Assembly: GCA_944331715.1 (NCBI GenBank)
Contig: CALVIP010000003.1
Location: forward strand, 1-62,796
DNA from: an uncultured Bacilli bacterium
GTDB lineage: Bacteria; Bacillota_I; Bacilli_A; RF39; UBA660
DNA length: 62,796 nucleotides
Direction: 5' to 3'
Part shown: piece by piece, positions 28,186 through 38,314 of the stretch
Layout: each line of letters opens with the position of its first letter
Position numbering within the stretch: position 1 is the first letter of the stretch
Made by a program: the position numbers and the translations under genes
Notes under the pieces: model-generated
Told to the model about the DNA's origin: nothing
Seen by the model: only the letters and a program-made list of their open reading frames with translations
Databases searched by the model: none

Positions 28186-28849
28186 CTCCTTTTAATAAGT
28201 CAGGCCTATTTTTTTCTGTTAATTTAATTTGTTGTTCTCTTCGCCATTTATTTATCTTTTCATGATCTCCATTAACCAAAACATCAGGAACACTTAATCC
28301 TTCATAAACTCTAGGTTTTGTATAGGTTGGATAGTCTAACAAATTATCAGTAAATGATTCGTTTTGATAACTTTCTTTTCTTATAACACCATCTATTAGT
28401 CTTGTAATAGAATCTATTAAGACCATACAAGGTATCTCTCCTCCTGTTAGGATATAGTCTCCAATAGATATTTCCATATCACAAATAGTTTTTATTCTCT
28501 CATCAAAACCTTCATAATGGCCACAGATAATAATTAAATGTTTTTCATGTGATAAATCTATAGCAATAGACTGTTTGTATAACTTACCACTTGGAGTTAA
28601 TAAGATTACTTTAGATTCATCACTTCTTAAAGCTTTAACAGCATCAAATATTGGTTGACACATTAAAACCATACCTGCCCCTCCCCCATAAGGAGTATCA
28701 TCTACTTTTTTATGAGGATCTTTACTATAATCTCTAATATTATGAATATTAATTTCTACTAAATTATTACTAATTGCCCTTTTAATAATAGATTCATCAA
28801 ATACACTATTAAACATATCAGGAAATAAGGTTAAAACATCTATTTTCAT
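28169..28849 (-). CDS. trmD: tRNA (guanine-N1)-methyltransferase
   Basis: VDDTPYGGGAGM, CGHYEGFDER, SIGDYILTGGE. Confidence 0.97.
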   Translation of the reverse strand: MKIDVLTLFPDMFNSVFDESIIKRAISNNLVEINIHNIRDYSKDPHKKVDDTPYGGGAGMVLMCQPIFDAVKALRSDESKVILLTPSGKLYKQSIAIDLSHEKHLIIICGHYEGFDERIKTICDMEISIGDYILTGGEIPCMVLIDSITRLIDGVIRKESYQNESFTDNLLDYPTYTKPRVYEGLSVPDVLVNGDHEKINKWRREQQIKLTEKNRPDLLKGDGSVE

Positions 28850-28858
28850 AACTTCCTC

Positions 28859-29356
28859 CTATAGAAGTTTAACTATAACTTCTTTTTTATTACTATCTAT
28901 TTTTACAAACTCTTTATGATAAGGAACTAATACTTCATTGTTATTTATTAATAATCTAAGTATCTTATAATTATTACCAGTCTCTTCTACATCAAGAATC
29001 TTACCCTCTATATTATCAGTAGTTTTAACTTTATAGGTTATAAGTTCACTATCTAAGATATCTTCATTATTAAGATTAATATCTTCTTTAGATTTATATA
29101 CTTTCTTACCCTTCAAGAATAATACTTCATTTATATTATTAAAACCTTCAAAAGTAACCATATCATAGTCTTTATGAACTCTATAACTAGTTATTTCATA
29201 AGATTTATCATCTATAATTAAATTACTTCCTATTTTAAATATCTCTTCTCTTTGTTTAGTAGTTAAGTTATCTTTAATCCTAAGTTCTCCTTTAATACCA
29301 TGAGTATTAACTATTTTACCTATATATAATTTATTCATTAGATCCATCCATTTCAT
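28859..29356 (-). CDS. rimM: 16S rRNA processing protein RimM
   Basis: IGKIVNTHGIKGE; synteny with trmD. Confidence 0.93.
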   Translation of the reverse strand: MKWMDLMNKLYIGKIVNTHGIKGELRIKDNLTTKQREEIFKIGSNLIIDDKSYEITSYRVHKDYDMVTFEGFNNINEVLFLKGKKVYKSKEDINLNNEDILDSELITYKVKTTDNIEGKILDVEETGNNYKILRLLINNNEVLVPYHKEFVKIDSNKKEVIVKLL

Positions 29357-30089
29357 AAAGAATTATAGAAGTAGCGACTCCTACATTAAGGCTTTCTACT
29401 ACATCATTCATTGGTATATAGATAAATTTATCACTTTGTTCTAAATACTTAGGATTAACACCATTACCTTCATTACCTATTATAAGAGCGAAGACATCTT
29501 TTTCATCTTGAGATAAGTTCTTTACTTCTTCACCATACTTAACATTAGTTGCAAGTACTGGTATTTTTAATTTCTTTAAGATAGGAATTAATTTATCTAT
29601 GGAATAGAAAACTATTGGTACATGAAAAATCATTCCCTGTGTCGCTCTTACTACTTTAGGAGAATAAACATCTACCGTATTATCTCCTATTACAATAGTA
29701 TCAATATTAAAGGCAACTGCACTTCTAATAATAGTACCCATATTACCAGGATCTTGTATTTCATCTAATATTAGTATTCTCTTACCTATTGTCGTATCTA
29801 TTATCTTCTCACATAACCCTATCATCTTAGGAGGAGATGATAAACTACTTATTTTCTTTAAGACTTCTCTACTTACTTCAATCTGTTCTACATCTAGTGG
29901 TAATACCTCTCCTTCTTCTAATAGGATTTCTTTCAAAACACCAGCTTTATATGCTTCTAATACTAAATGTTCTCCTTCTACTATAAACTCATTATTAAGA
30001 TCACGATACTTTTTCTTCTGTAATTTATAATAGTACTTAACTTTCTCATTATCTAAACTAGTTATAACCATACTACTCCTCTTCTCCAT
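29331..30089 (-). CDS. TrmH/SpoU RNA methyltransferase
   Basis: QDPGNMGTIIR, GNEGNG, ESLNVGVA. Confidence 0.92.
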   Translation of the reverse strand: MEKRSSMVITSLDNEKVKYYYKLQKKKYRDLNNEFIVEGEHLVLEAYKAGVLKEILLEEGEVLPLDVEQIEVSREVLKKISSLSSPPKMIGLCEKIIDTTIGKRILILDEIQDPGNMGTIIRSAVAFNIDTIVIGDNTVDVYSPKVVRATQGMIFHVPIVFYSIDKLIPILKKLKIPVLATNVKYGEEVKNLSQDEKDVFALIIGNEGNGVNPKYLEQSDKFIYIPMNDVVESLNVGVATSIILYEMDGSNE

Positions 30090-30723
30090 ATTTATTAGTT
30101 AATTTTCTCCACTTCTTATAATCAGGACAGTTCTCTTCGACAATAGCCCAAAACTTCTTAGAATGATTCGCTTCTATTAAGTGACTTAACTCATGATAAA
30201 TAACATAATCAAGACATCCTATATCTTTAGTAATTAATTCTGTATTAAGTGTTATAACATGAGTTTTAACATTACATACTCCCCATCTAGTAGTCATCTT
30301 CCTAAGTCTTAATTTAGGATGAGGAATACTTCTTGTAAAGTTATTATAACACATTTCTAGATGTTCACTAAAAATACCTAAAGCTTGTTTCTTCTTCCAT
30401 TTATCTAAATCAAAGTCTCTTTTTATAAAAACTTTATTCTCACCTAATTTAAAGTCACAAAACTCTGTATATATAATATCATATTTTTTACCTAAAAAGT
30501 AAAATTCACTATTAAATTTTATCTTTTCTTTAACTTTCTTAATCATTTTCCTAATAGAACCATAATTTTCTTCTATTACACTCATTATCTTTTTATTAGA
30601 AGTTAAAGTATTACATGTCACATAGATAGTTAAATCATCTTTAACTCTAATATAAATATTTTTAGTAGTACTTTTCTTAACTATCTCTAAATTATAAGTT
30701 TCATTATCTATATTTAAAGTCAT
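30073..30723 (-). CDS. YgjP/SprT-like zinc metalloprotein
   Basis: TRWGVC, YVIYHELSHLIEANHSKKFW. Confidence 0.85.
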   Translation of the reverse strand: MTLNIDNETYNLEIVKKSTTKNIYIRVKDDLTIYVTCNTLTSNKKIMSVIEENYGSIRKMIKKVKEKIKFNSEFYFLGKKYDIIYTEFCDFKLGENKVFIKRDFDLDKWKKKQALGIFSEHLEMCYNNFTRSIPHPKLRLRKMTTRWGVCNVKTHVITLNTELITKDIGCLDYVIYHELSHLIEANHSKKFWAIVEENCPDYKKWRKLTNKYGEEE

Positions 30724-30736
30724 AGCATCATCCCTC

Positions 30737-30885
30737 TTGAAAAAATTAATTATTTATGATAATATGAATATGTAAAGAGAATTTACATATTATAAAAAAG
30801 AGGAATACCTAGCTTTGAGCTGTTAGGTACTACCCCATTATTGTTTGGTTAGTACCACTCTAAGGAGTAGGTACTATTTTTATTA
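30737..30885 (+). ncRNA. Antisense antitoxin RNA and promoter, type I locus 2
   Basis: TTGAAA-17-TAATAT; 77-nt block differs from locus 1 at one position; terminator AGTACC...GGTACT-ATTTTT at 30851-30884. Confidence 0.65.
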
Positions 30886-30961
30886 ACATAAATAATAAGA
30901 TTATTATTACGAAAATAAGCGAAAATATGATATAACATAGAAATTTTTCAAGTTTTCTCAT
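30860..30961 (-). CDS. Type I toxin-like peptide, locus 2 (33 aa)
   Basis: MRKLEKFLCYIIFSLIFVIIILLFMLIKIVPTP*; RBS GAAAGGGGA; promoter TTGTAT-17-TATTAT (31039-31067); 5'/3' arms 31020-31032 and 30801-30812. Confidence 0.72.
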   Translation of the reverse strand: MRKLEKFLCYIIFSLIFVIIILLFMLIKIVPTP

Positions 30962-31108
30962 ATTATCAGTTCCCCTTTCACATTATAAAAATATAAGTTA
31001 GGGGGATAGTACCTAAACAACTAAGTATTCCTAGGTAAATAATAACACAAATGTATCTTCAATACAAGCGAACAAGATACATTTTTTATGAATTTTATAT
31101 TAAAATTA

Positions 31109-31388
31109 TTGAAGCAATTAAATCTTTATGCTAATATGAATATGTAAATTTTCTTTACATGAGGAGTACTTAGTTTGCGTTTGGATGTTACCCCAAAAAA
31201 CAGGTTGAATATACTAATTAATAGAGAATTTTACTATCTATAAATAATTAAAAGAATAATAATTATTAATAAGATAACTATTAAGAAATCTTTCTTACTC
31301 AAAAGTAAGTACAAATTAATTTACACCATTCGTTACTAAGTATTCCTAAGTAAATGATAGTCTAAATGTATCTTTAAAACAAGATACA
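31109..31388 (-). pseudogene. Type I TA locus 3, apparently decayed paralogue of locus 1
   Basis: TTG-SKKDFLIVILLIIIILLIIYR* at 31234-31302; no RBS; antitoxin terminator hairpin shortened; both promoters retained. Confidence 0.6.
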
Positions 31389-31393
31389 TTTTT

Positions 31394-32617
31394 TTATTTA
31401 TCAGTCCTATGTTTAGTATAAGTTTTCATTTTATTTATAAAATCATTATTTTTACTTATAGTATCTTCATCAAAAGATTGCCCATACATATTAAAGTAAT
31501 TTTCATATAAACACGTTAAAAAGATACAATAATTTATAAAATTATCTTTTCCTAAATTATTATTAATATAAGAAATGCTATTATTAATTGCAGAATAATC
31601 AAATAGTTCTCTATAATTATCTAATAAAGGATTAACTAAAGATAGATATAAATCATAAGCACTCTTATAAGAAATATTATTATTATCATCTAAATCAAAG
31701 ATATAAATATTATCCTCCCTTAATCTTTTAAATAAACTTCTCGCTTTTTCCTGTGTTCTAAACTCATTAAAGATACTATAATCTTTATTTATTATAAAAC
31801 TACAATGTTTATCACCCATTTCACTTACATGTATAAGTTCATGTAAAAGATTTATATCAAGACATCTATCATGATATTTTTTTAAAAGTGGAAATGAAAT
31901 AAAAGTCTTAGAATACTCTTTAGATAGTGATGTAATAGCAGTTACATCACTATCAAAATCTTCTTCAAAATAAACTATCTTTCTTGCAAGAAGTATTTTC
32001 TTATAAAAAGGTATATCCCCTAATCTATCTAAGATATTTTTACCAAAGATAGAGCTTTTTATAACATTTCTCTCTAATACTTTCTCTTGTCTTTTTAAAA
32101 AGTCTATACAATCATCTAGTTTTTCTTCATCTAATAAAGGAATAATTCCTATTCTTTTACAAGTATCTATATAATCTTGTTGTAATTCTAAAAGTAAGTC
32201 TCTTACTTCATTATCATAAGTTAAATATTTTTTATATTTTTTATCAAAAGCATCAAATCTAAGTCCTAGAATAGCTTCTTTATTTTTATTAAATACATCA
32301 TCACTAATATTTAATAGTTCTTTTAAATATCTAAGAGTATAATCATCTATTTCATCTTGTAACTTTTCTCCCTTACTCATATAGTCATCCATTAATGATT
32401 TATAATATTTTAAATTATCTAAACTACTATCTAAATTATACAAGCTTTCATAAGTAACATCAGGAGTTGAATCAAAGAAGTAGAAAGCATCTTTAATTCT
32501 TGTAGTGATTAAGTCTTTAAAACTTTTATGATAGGAACTAGCAATTAAATCTATTAGATAATCTTGATATTCTAAAAATCTCTTGTTAGGGTTTAATAAT
32601 CTATCTAAGTCTTTCAT
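31394..32617 (-). CDS. Hypothetical protein with HEXXH...NE zinc-peptidase-like motif
   Basis: LLHELIHVSE...IFNEFRTQ; start overlaps the obg stop. Confidence 0.65.
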   Translation of the reverse strand: MKDLDRLLNPNKRFLEYQDYLIDLIASSYHKSFKDLITTRIKDAFYFFDSTPDVTYESLYNLDSSLDNLKYYKSLMDDYMSKGEKLQDEIDDYTLRYLKELLNISDDVFNKNKEAILGLRFDAFDKKYKKYLTYDNEVRDLLLELQQDYIDTCKRIGIIPLLDEEKLDDCIDFLKRQEKVLERNVIKSSIFGKNILDRLGDIPFYKKILLARKIVYFEEDFDSDVTAITSLSKEYSKTFISFPLLKKYHDRCLDINLLHELIHVSEMGDKHCSFIINKDYSIFNEFRTQEKARSLFKRLREDNIYIFDLDDNNNISYKSAYDLYLSLVNPLLDNYRELFDYSAINNSISYINNNLGKDNFINYCIFLTCLYENYFNMYGQSFDEDTISKNNDFINKMKTYTKHRTDK

Positions 32618-33888
32618 TATTTACGATACTCAAAATAAAAGTCTAATATTCTAACCATATCCCCATCAGTTGCACCCATTTTCTCTAACTCTTCATCAAT
32701 ACCCATTTTTCTTAGCTTATTACTAAATCTTTTAATACCTTCATCAGTAAATTTAGTCATTCTAAATAGTTTTTCTACTTTTTCTCCCTTAATTACAAAG
32801 TCTTCCCCTTCTTTTTCTATAATAAATGGTTTTTCTTCTTTAAATTTATATAAGACGTGAGACTCAAAAGCATCATCTTCATAAAGATTTTCTTCTTTTA
32901 TAGTATCTAATAAGTCACTTAAGTAATCTACTACTTCACTAAGTCCAGAACTTGTTAAGGCAGTTACTTCAAATATTTTCTTATCTTTTACTTTTTCTTT
33001 AAATTTATCAAGGTTATCAATACTACCTTCAATATCCATTTTATTTGCAATTATTACCATAGGTTTAGTAAGTAGTTTTTTATTAAATTCTTCAAGTTCT
33101 TTATTTATTAAAAGATAATCTTCATAAGGATCTCTTCCTTCAGTACCAGCCATATCAATAACATGTAATATTACTCTAGTACGCTCTATATGTCTTAAGA
33201 ATCTATCACCTAATCCTTCTCCTTTACTTGCACCTTCTATTAATCCTGGAAGATCTGCCATAACAAATGTTTTACCGTTAGTTGCACGTACTACTCCAAG
33301 ATTAGGTTTTAGCGTTGTAAAGTGATACTCTGCAATCTTAGGTTTAGCTTTACTTACTTTAGAGATAATAGTACTCTTACCAACACTAGGAAGACCAACA
33401 AGACCAACATCGGCAAGAAGTTTAAGTTCTACTTTAATAGTTCTCTCTTCTCCTGGTTCACCATTTTCGGAGAAGTTTGGAGCGGTATTAGTCTGGGTCT
33501 TAAAGGCAGTATTACCACGTCCACCTCTACCACCTTTTGCAATAATAGCAGAATCATTTTTACCTTTTAAATCGGCAAGAATAAGGCCTGTATCTAAATC
33601 TGTTACAACTGTTCCTTGAGGCACTTTAACTACTAAAGGTTCAGCACCTTTACCATGTTGATTCTTTCCTTTACCATTTTCACCTTTCCTACCTTTAATT
33701 TCTTTTTGATAACGTAAATCAAGTAAGGTATGAAGTCCTTCATCTACTTTAAAGATAATATCAGAACCATGTCCTCCATTACCGCCATAAGGTCCTCCCA
33801 TAGGAATATATTTTTCACGACGGAAAGCAGTACAACCATCTCCACCACTTCCAGCGATTACTTTAAGTGTTACTTCATCTACAAACAT
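32617..33888 (-). CDS. obg: GTPase Obg
   Basis: Gly-rich Obg fold, GLPSVGKS, YHFTT, DLPG, NKMD. Confidence 0.97.
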   Translation of the reverse strand: MFVDEVTLKVIAGSGGDGCTAFRREKYIPMGGPYGGNGGHGSDIIFKVDEGLHTLLDLRYQKEIKGRKGENGKGKNQHGKGAEPLVVKVPQGTVVTDLDTGLILADLKGKNDSAIIAKGGRGGRGNTAFKTQTNTAPNFSENGEPGEERTIKVELKLLADVGLVGLPSVGKSTIISKVSKAKPKIAEYHFTTLKPNLGVVRATNGKTFVMADLPGLIEGASKGEGLGDRFLRHIERTRVILHVIDMAGTEGRDPYEDYLLINKELEEFNKKLLTKPMVIIANKMDIEGSIDNLDKFKEKVKDKKIFEVTALTSSGLSEVVDYLSDLLDTIKEENLYEDDAFESHVLYKFKEEKPFIIEKEGEDFVIKGEKVEKLFRMTKFTDEGIKRFSNKLRKMGIDEELEKMGATDGDMVRILDFYFEYRK

Positions 33889-33959
33889 ATTAACACACTC
33901 CCCTCAAAACTTTCCTATATTATATCACAGAGAAAAGAAAAAAAGAAAGAGATTTCTTT

Positions 33960-34250
33960 CTACTCACTTACTGGATATACAGAAGCTTGTTTCTTATCTC
34001 TTCCTTTACGTTCAAACTTAACAATTCCATCTACTGTTGCATATAATGTATCATCATTACCACGTTTAACATTAACACCTGGGAATATCTTAGTTCCTCT
34101 TTGACGATAAATAATACTACCAGCAGTTATATATTCTCCATCAGCAGCTTTCGCACCTAATCTACGTCCAATAGAGTCCCTACCATTAGATGTAGAACTT
34201 TGTCCTTTTTTATGTGCAAAGAACTGAATATTTAATTCTAAAAATTTCAC
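33960..34250 (-). CDS. rpmA: 50S ribosomal protein L27 with N-terminal extension
   Basis: [22 protein letters not shown]. Confidence 0.97.
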   Translation of the reverse strand: MKFLELNIQFFAHKKGQSSTSNGRDSIGRRLGAKAADGEYITAGSIIYRQRGTKIFPGVNVKRGNDDTLYATVDGIVKFERKGRDKKQASVYPVSE

Positions 34251-34262
34251 TATAGTCCCTCC

Positions 34263-34565
34263 TTACTGTATCTCTATATTTTCTTTATATTTTAATTCTA
34301 ATTCTTTAAGTAGTCTTAACATATTTTTAAGTAGTGATTGTGTTACTCTATCAGTACTTAAAACTTTTATAGTTAAGCCTTTACTACTCGCTAGATAAGT
34401 AATAGTACTTTTATCAATAGTAAGAATACCATTTATAGTTGTTGTAACAATTGAACTAACAGCACTACAAACTATATCTTTACCATATTCATCATACATA
34501 GCATGTCCTAATATACTTATCTTTTTAAAATAACCCTTTTCTTTTTCTACTTTTACTTTAATCAT
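34263..34565 (-). CDS. prp: Ribosomal-processing cysteine protease Prp
   Basis: GHA...GKDIVCSAVS; lies between rplU and rpmA. Confidence 0.92.
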   Translation of the reverse strand: MIKVKVEKEKGYFKKISILGHAMYDEYGKDIVCSAVSSIVTTTINGILTIDKSTITYLASSKGLTIKVLSTDRVTQSLLKNMLRLLKELELKYKENIEIQ

Positions 34566-34567
34566 AA

Positions 34568-34870
34568 TTAACCATTAATCTTAGTAATTTTAACTTTTGT
34601 ATAAGGTTGTCTATGTCCTTGAGTTTTACGGTTACTTCTAGATTTGTTTTTATATTTAAAAACACGTATCTTCTTAGCTTTACCATTTTTTAAGACAGTA
34701 CCTTCTACAGTGACATTAGATAAATAAGGGGAACCAACTTTAGAATCAAGCATTAATACTTCTTCAAAAGTAACAACATCATTAGCATTAGCATTTAACT
34801 TTTCTACGAAGATTTCATCTCCTTCAGTTACACGATATTGTTTTCCACCAACTTTAATTACTGCGTACAT
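34568..34870 (-). CDS. rplU: 50S ribosomal protein L21
   Basis: MYAVIKVGGKQY, GHRQPYT. Confidence 0.97.
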   Translation of the reverse strand: MYAVIKVGGKQYRVTEGDEIFVEKLNANANDVVTFEEVLMLDSKVGSPYLSNVTVEGTVLKNGKAKKIRVFKYKNKSRSNRKTQGHRQPYTKVKITKING

Positions 34871-34892
34871 TTTTTAACCTCCTTTTTCAAAC

Positions 34893-34990
34893 TAAAGACT
34901 CGCTTTTAAGGTATTACTCTAAATAGTAATTTCTACCTCTTCAATGCGGTTTACAGCTTTTCCATCAATATGAGGTATAACAAGCTACAA
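34893..34990 (-). promoter_or_regulatory. L21 leader RNA (putative)
   Basis: Structured 5' UTR ending GCGAGUC upstream of rplU; promoter TTGACG-17-TAAAAT at 34999-35027. Confidence 0.6.
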
Positions 34991-35041
34991 ACAATATGAT
35001 TTTAGCACAAAAACAACTTTACGTCAAATACTTTTGATATT

Positions 35042-35743
35042 TTATTCATTTAAATATGGTAATAACTCTCTTGTAATAACAACATAACCTAAACTATTTA
35101 AATGTAATCCATCTTCAGTATACTTTTCTTTTAAATTACCTTCTTCATCTATTAAATCATCAAATAGATTAATATAATTACAACTTTCTCCATCACAGTA
35201 ATTAGATAATTTTTTATTTAAATCTCTAATCTTCTTATTAGTTCTATTATTAACAGTATTATTTTCTAAAGTAGAGTTTACAGGATAAACACTTTCTACA
35301 TATATAATTGATTCACTTCTATTTTCTTTTATCTCTTTTACTATTCTTTTAATATTATTAAAAGTAGTATCAACAATATCTTCACTAGTCATATCTAAAT
35401 CATTAGTACCTATTAATAAAAAGACTTTAGTAGGATTATATTGATAAACTCTAGTTTCCATATCGTTTAAGATATCTGTTGTCTTATTACCAGAAATTCC
35501 ACTGTTTACAACTGGCAAGTTATCATAATACTCTTCTAAAGGATAAAAATCAGTAATAGAATCTCCTAAGAATAAGAAATTATCGTTTGATTCATACACC
35601 ACTTCATAAGGATTAGTAAAAGTATTATTTTCTTTAGTGAGTAAAGAAATACCCATAATTATGATAATTATAAGCATAATAATTATAGTTATAAGATAAT
35701 ATTTATGTAATTTTATCTTTTCTTTAATAATATTTATATTCAT
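35042..35743 (-). CDS. SGNH/GDSL hydrolase with N-terminal TM
   Basis: FLGDSIT, NSGISG, IGTND, DGLH. Confidence 0.9.
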   Translation of the reverse strand: MNINIIKEKIKLHKYYLITIIIMLIIIIIMGISLLTKENNTFTNPYEVVYESNDNFLFLGDSITDFYPLEEYYDNLPVVNSGISGNKTTDILNDMETRVYQYNPTKVFLLIGTNDLDMTSEDIVDTTFNNIKRIVKEIKENRSESIIYVESVYPVNSTLENNTVNNRTNKKIRDLNKKLSNYCDGESCNYINLFDDLIDEEGNLKEKYTEDGLHLNSLGYVVITRELLPYLNE

Positions 35744-35765
35744 AAAGTCCCCCTGTTTAGTTATT

Positions 35766-36578
35766 TTAATTCTTCTTAACTAAAAAATGATAAATAATTA
35801 CTACTAGTACATTAATTAAAAATTTAGAAAGGACAACATCAATATGTAAGTTATCTACAAGTAGTAATAAAGATAATCCTTCTATTAAATAAAAGCATAT
35901 AATAGATGTTATTATATTGGAAAGCTTCTTTGTTTTAAATAAAGCCATAAATAAGCAAGAAATGGTATAGGTAATAGTAAAGTTTAAATAGATGTTCATA
36001 CCTGTAAGATTTAATAGGTAAAAGATAAATAGATTAAGTAATGCTGTTAAAATGACAAACTTATCTCGATTAAACCAACTAATATGATTAGAATCTTCTA
36101 TATAATTAGTAATAAGTTCTTTAAAGTTTTCATTATTACTATTAAACTCTTTAGGTTTAAATGTTTTACTTTTAATTAACATTTTATCTAACTTAGTTAA
36201 ATCTTTTAAAGGTATAATATAACCCAACCTACCAAACTCTTCTATTATTTGTTTTTGATGGTCATTAGTATGTTCATTATATTTAGAAAGTCTTGGGGTT
36301 GCAATTACTTTTTTATGATGTTTTAAAGCAGTTAGAATACTCCCTACTCCACCATGAGTAATAATAAGAGAAGCCTCATCCATAAGTTCTTCTAATCTAT
36401 CATTTGATACACTTTTAAATATCTCCATGTTATCACTTTTATATTTTGTATAACCTGCTTGAACTAATACTTTATCCTTGATATTACCTTTTTCTATTTC
36501 TTTATCAATCGCTTTTAATAATCTTTCAAAACTTTTATCTTGCGTACCTAGAGTTACTAAAATCATTAGAAACACCAC
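35766..36578 (-). CDS. PssE/Cps14G-type glycosyltransferase with C-terminal GtrA-like membrane domain
   Basis: VTLGTQ...F.RL, THGGVGS, EHTNDHQ; four hydrophobic C-terminal segments. Confidence 0.8.
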   Translation of the reverse strand: MVFLMILVTLGTQDKSFERLLKAIDKEIEKGNIKDKVLVQAGYTKYKSDNMEIFKSVSNDRLEELMDEASLIITHGGVGSILTALKHHKKVIATPRLSKYNEHTNDHQKQIIEEFGRLGYIIPLKDLTKLDKMLIKSKTFKPKEFNSNNENFKELITNYIEDSNHISWFNRDKFVILTALLNLFIFYLLNLTGMNIYLNFTITYTISCLFMALFKTKKLSNIITSIICFYLIEGLSLLLLVDNLHIDVVLSKFLINVLVVIIYHFLVKKN

Positions 36579-37048
36579 CCTCCATATGTTGCTTTAGGAT
36601 ATAGTTTCAACATAGGTCTCCACTGTACTATGAAAAGATTAGCGATATGGAACTTATAGAAAAGTGTACCTGTAATAGTTTTAGTTTTAATATTAGCGAA
36701 TGATTCTATATAGATTATTTTACTACCAAAGATTCTTCCGATACAACACATCGGTCCTGCCGTATGAGCACCTGTTGTAACAATATAATCAGGTTGATAT
36801 TTAAAATATAGGAAAAGACTAATAAAACAATTAGCAAGTAATTTAAAAGGATAAGTTAGCTTATGGTCTTTTGTACCATATAAAAGAAAGTTAACATTTT
36901 TATATTTTCTTTTTAATTTATTATTCGCTTTAGTCTTCTCTGTTATTAGAGAAAAATCATAGTTTTTTATAATACTATCAAGTTGCAAAAGTTCAGTTAA
37001 ATGTCCTCCTGTACTTGATATAAACATTACTTTTCTCACTTTCATCAC
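36566..37048 (-). CDS. PssD/Cps14F (Alg14-like) glycosyltransferase subunit
   Basis: SSTGGHL, TTGAH, IESFA, IVQW. Confidence 0.88.
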   Translation of the reverse strand: MMKVRKVMFISSTGGHLTELLQLDSIIKNYDFSLITEKTKANNKLKRKYKNVNFLLYGTKDHKLTYPFKLLANCFISLFLYFKYQPDYIVTTGAHTAGPMCCIGRIFGSKIIYIESFANIKTKTITGTLFYKFHIANLFIVQWRPMLKLYPKATYGGWCF

Positions 37049-38202
37049 TTTCTTTCAATTATTTTTTCCCAAGACGCACATACATTATCAGAAATATATC
37101 CTTTTACTTTACGTCTACCATTTTTACCTAATTCTTTTCTTATCTCTATATCTTTAGTTAAATCTAATATCTTTTTCTCCATAGCTTTAAAGTTACGATG
37201 TTTTATTAAGTATCCATCACGTCCTGATGTAATAACTTCTTTAGCACCTTCTGCAGAATCAAAAGCAATACAAGGTAGACCATTACTCATCGCTTCAAGT
37301 AACACTATACCAAAACTCTCTGTATAACTAGTCATAACATAAATACTAGCTTTATGCATTAATTTCTCTATTTCTTTACTATTTTTAAAACCATGAAGTG
37401 TAACATCATTTTCTAAGTTTTTTTCTTTAATAAATCTCTCTAACTTACTACGTTCACTTCCATCTCCTACGATATCTAGATGCCATTTACATTTTTTATT
37501 TTTTAAATCTAGATATATTTTTAATAAATCTAAATATCCCTTTTCAGGAGATAACCTTCCAACTGATATTAAATGTTCATTTGTTAAAGGACTCTTAGTT
37601 TTAGGAATATTTTCAATAGCATTAGGTATATAGATACATTTACATTTAAAAGAACGCATTTTCTTATGATAAAACTTCTGTAGTCCTTTGGATACTAAAA
37701 CAAAATAATCTAAGTTTTTAGCACTTCTAATAACATCTGTAGCGTATTTCATATCATCATGATAATGATTATGTTCCCAACCTATTTTTAAAGTATTATC
37801 TTTACCATATTCACTTAATAATTCATTTAAGAAAACACGAGTGGAAATAATAACATCGGCATCAGTATTTTTTATATAATCTACCATACTCTTACGTCTT
37901 TTATATAATATTTTAAGGCTTTTTAAAGATTCTTTTCCAAGATTTATTAATTTTAAATTATGTAAAGCTTCACTCCATTCTTTTCTATTGGGACTTAATG
38001 TTTTTGGAAGTAAATAAGTAACTTTTACTTTCTCATCTATATCAAATACAGGCTTATCATAAAGTCTATAAATAGATACTATTTCGATATCATATTTATC
38101 TAATTTAACAAGAGAATTAGCAAGTGATACAATTGCTTTTTCTACTCCACCATAGCCTAGATGTAATGCTAATATAGATATTTTCTTTTTCATAAGAAGC
38201 AC
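37045..38202 (-). CDS. GT4 glycosyltransferase
   Basis: GGVEK, VGRL..EKG, ESFGIVLLEAM. Confidence 0.9.
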   Translation of the reverse strand: MLLMKKKISILALHLGYGGVEKAIVSLANSLVKLDKYDIEIVSIYRLYDKPVFDIDEKVKVTYLLPKTLSPNRKEWSEALHNLKLINLGKESLKSLKILYKRRKSMVDYIKNTDADVIISTRVFLNELLSEYGKDNTLKIGWEHNHYHDDMKYATDVIRSAKNLDYFVLVSKGLQKFYHKKMRSFKCKCIYIPNAIENIPKTKSPLTNEHLISVGRLSPEKGYLDLLKIYLDLKNKKCKWHLDIVGDGSERSKLERFIKEKNLENDVTLHGFKNSKEIEKLMHKASIYVMTSYTESFGIVLLEAMSNGLPCIAFDSAEGAKEVITSGRDGYLIKHRNFKAMEKKILDLTKDIEIRKELGKNGRRKVKGYISDNVCASWEKIIERK

Positions 38203-38314
38203 CTCCGTTCATGTATATTAATTTAATCAATCTTAGTATATATTAATTTTTTAGATTAGGCAACGATTAACGTGATAATAGAAAGAAAAAATCTAGTTTT
38301 CACTAGATTATTTT

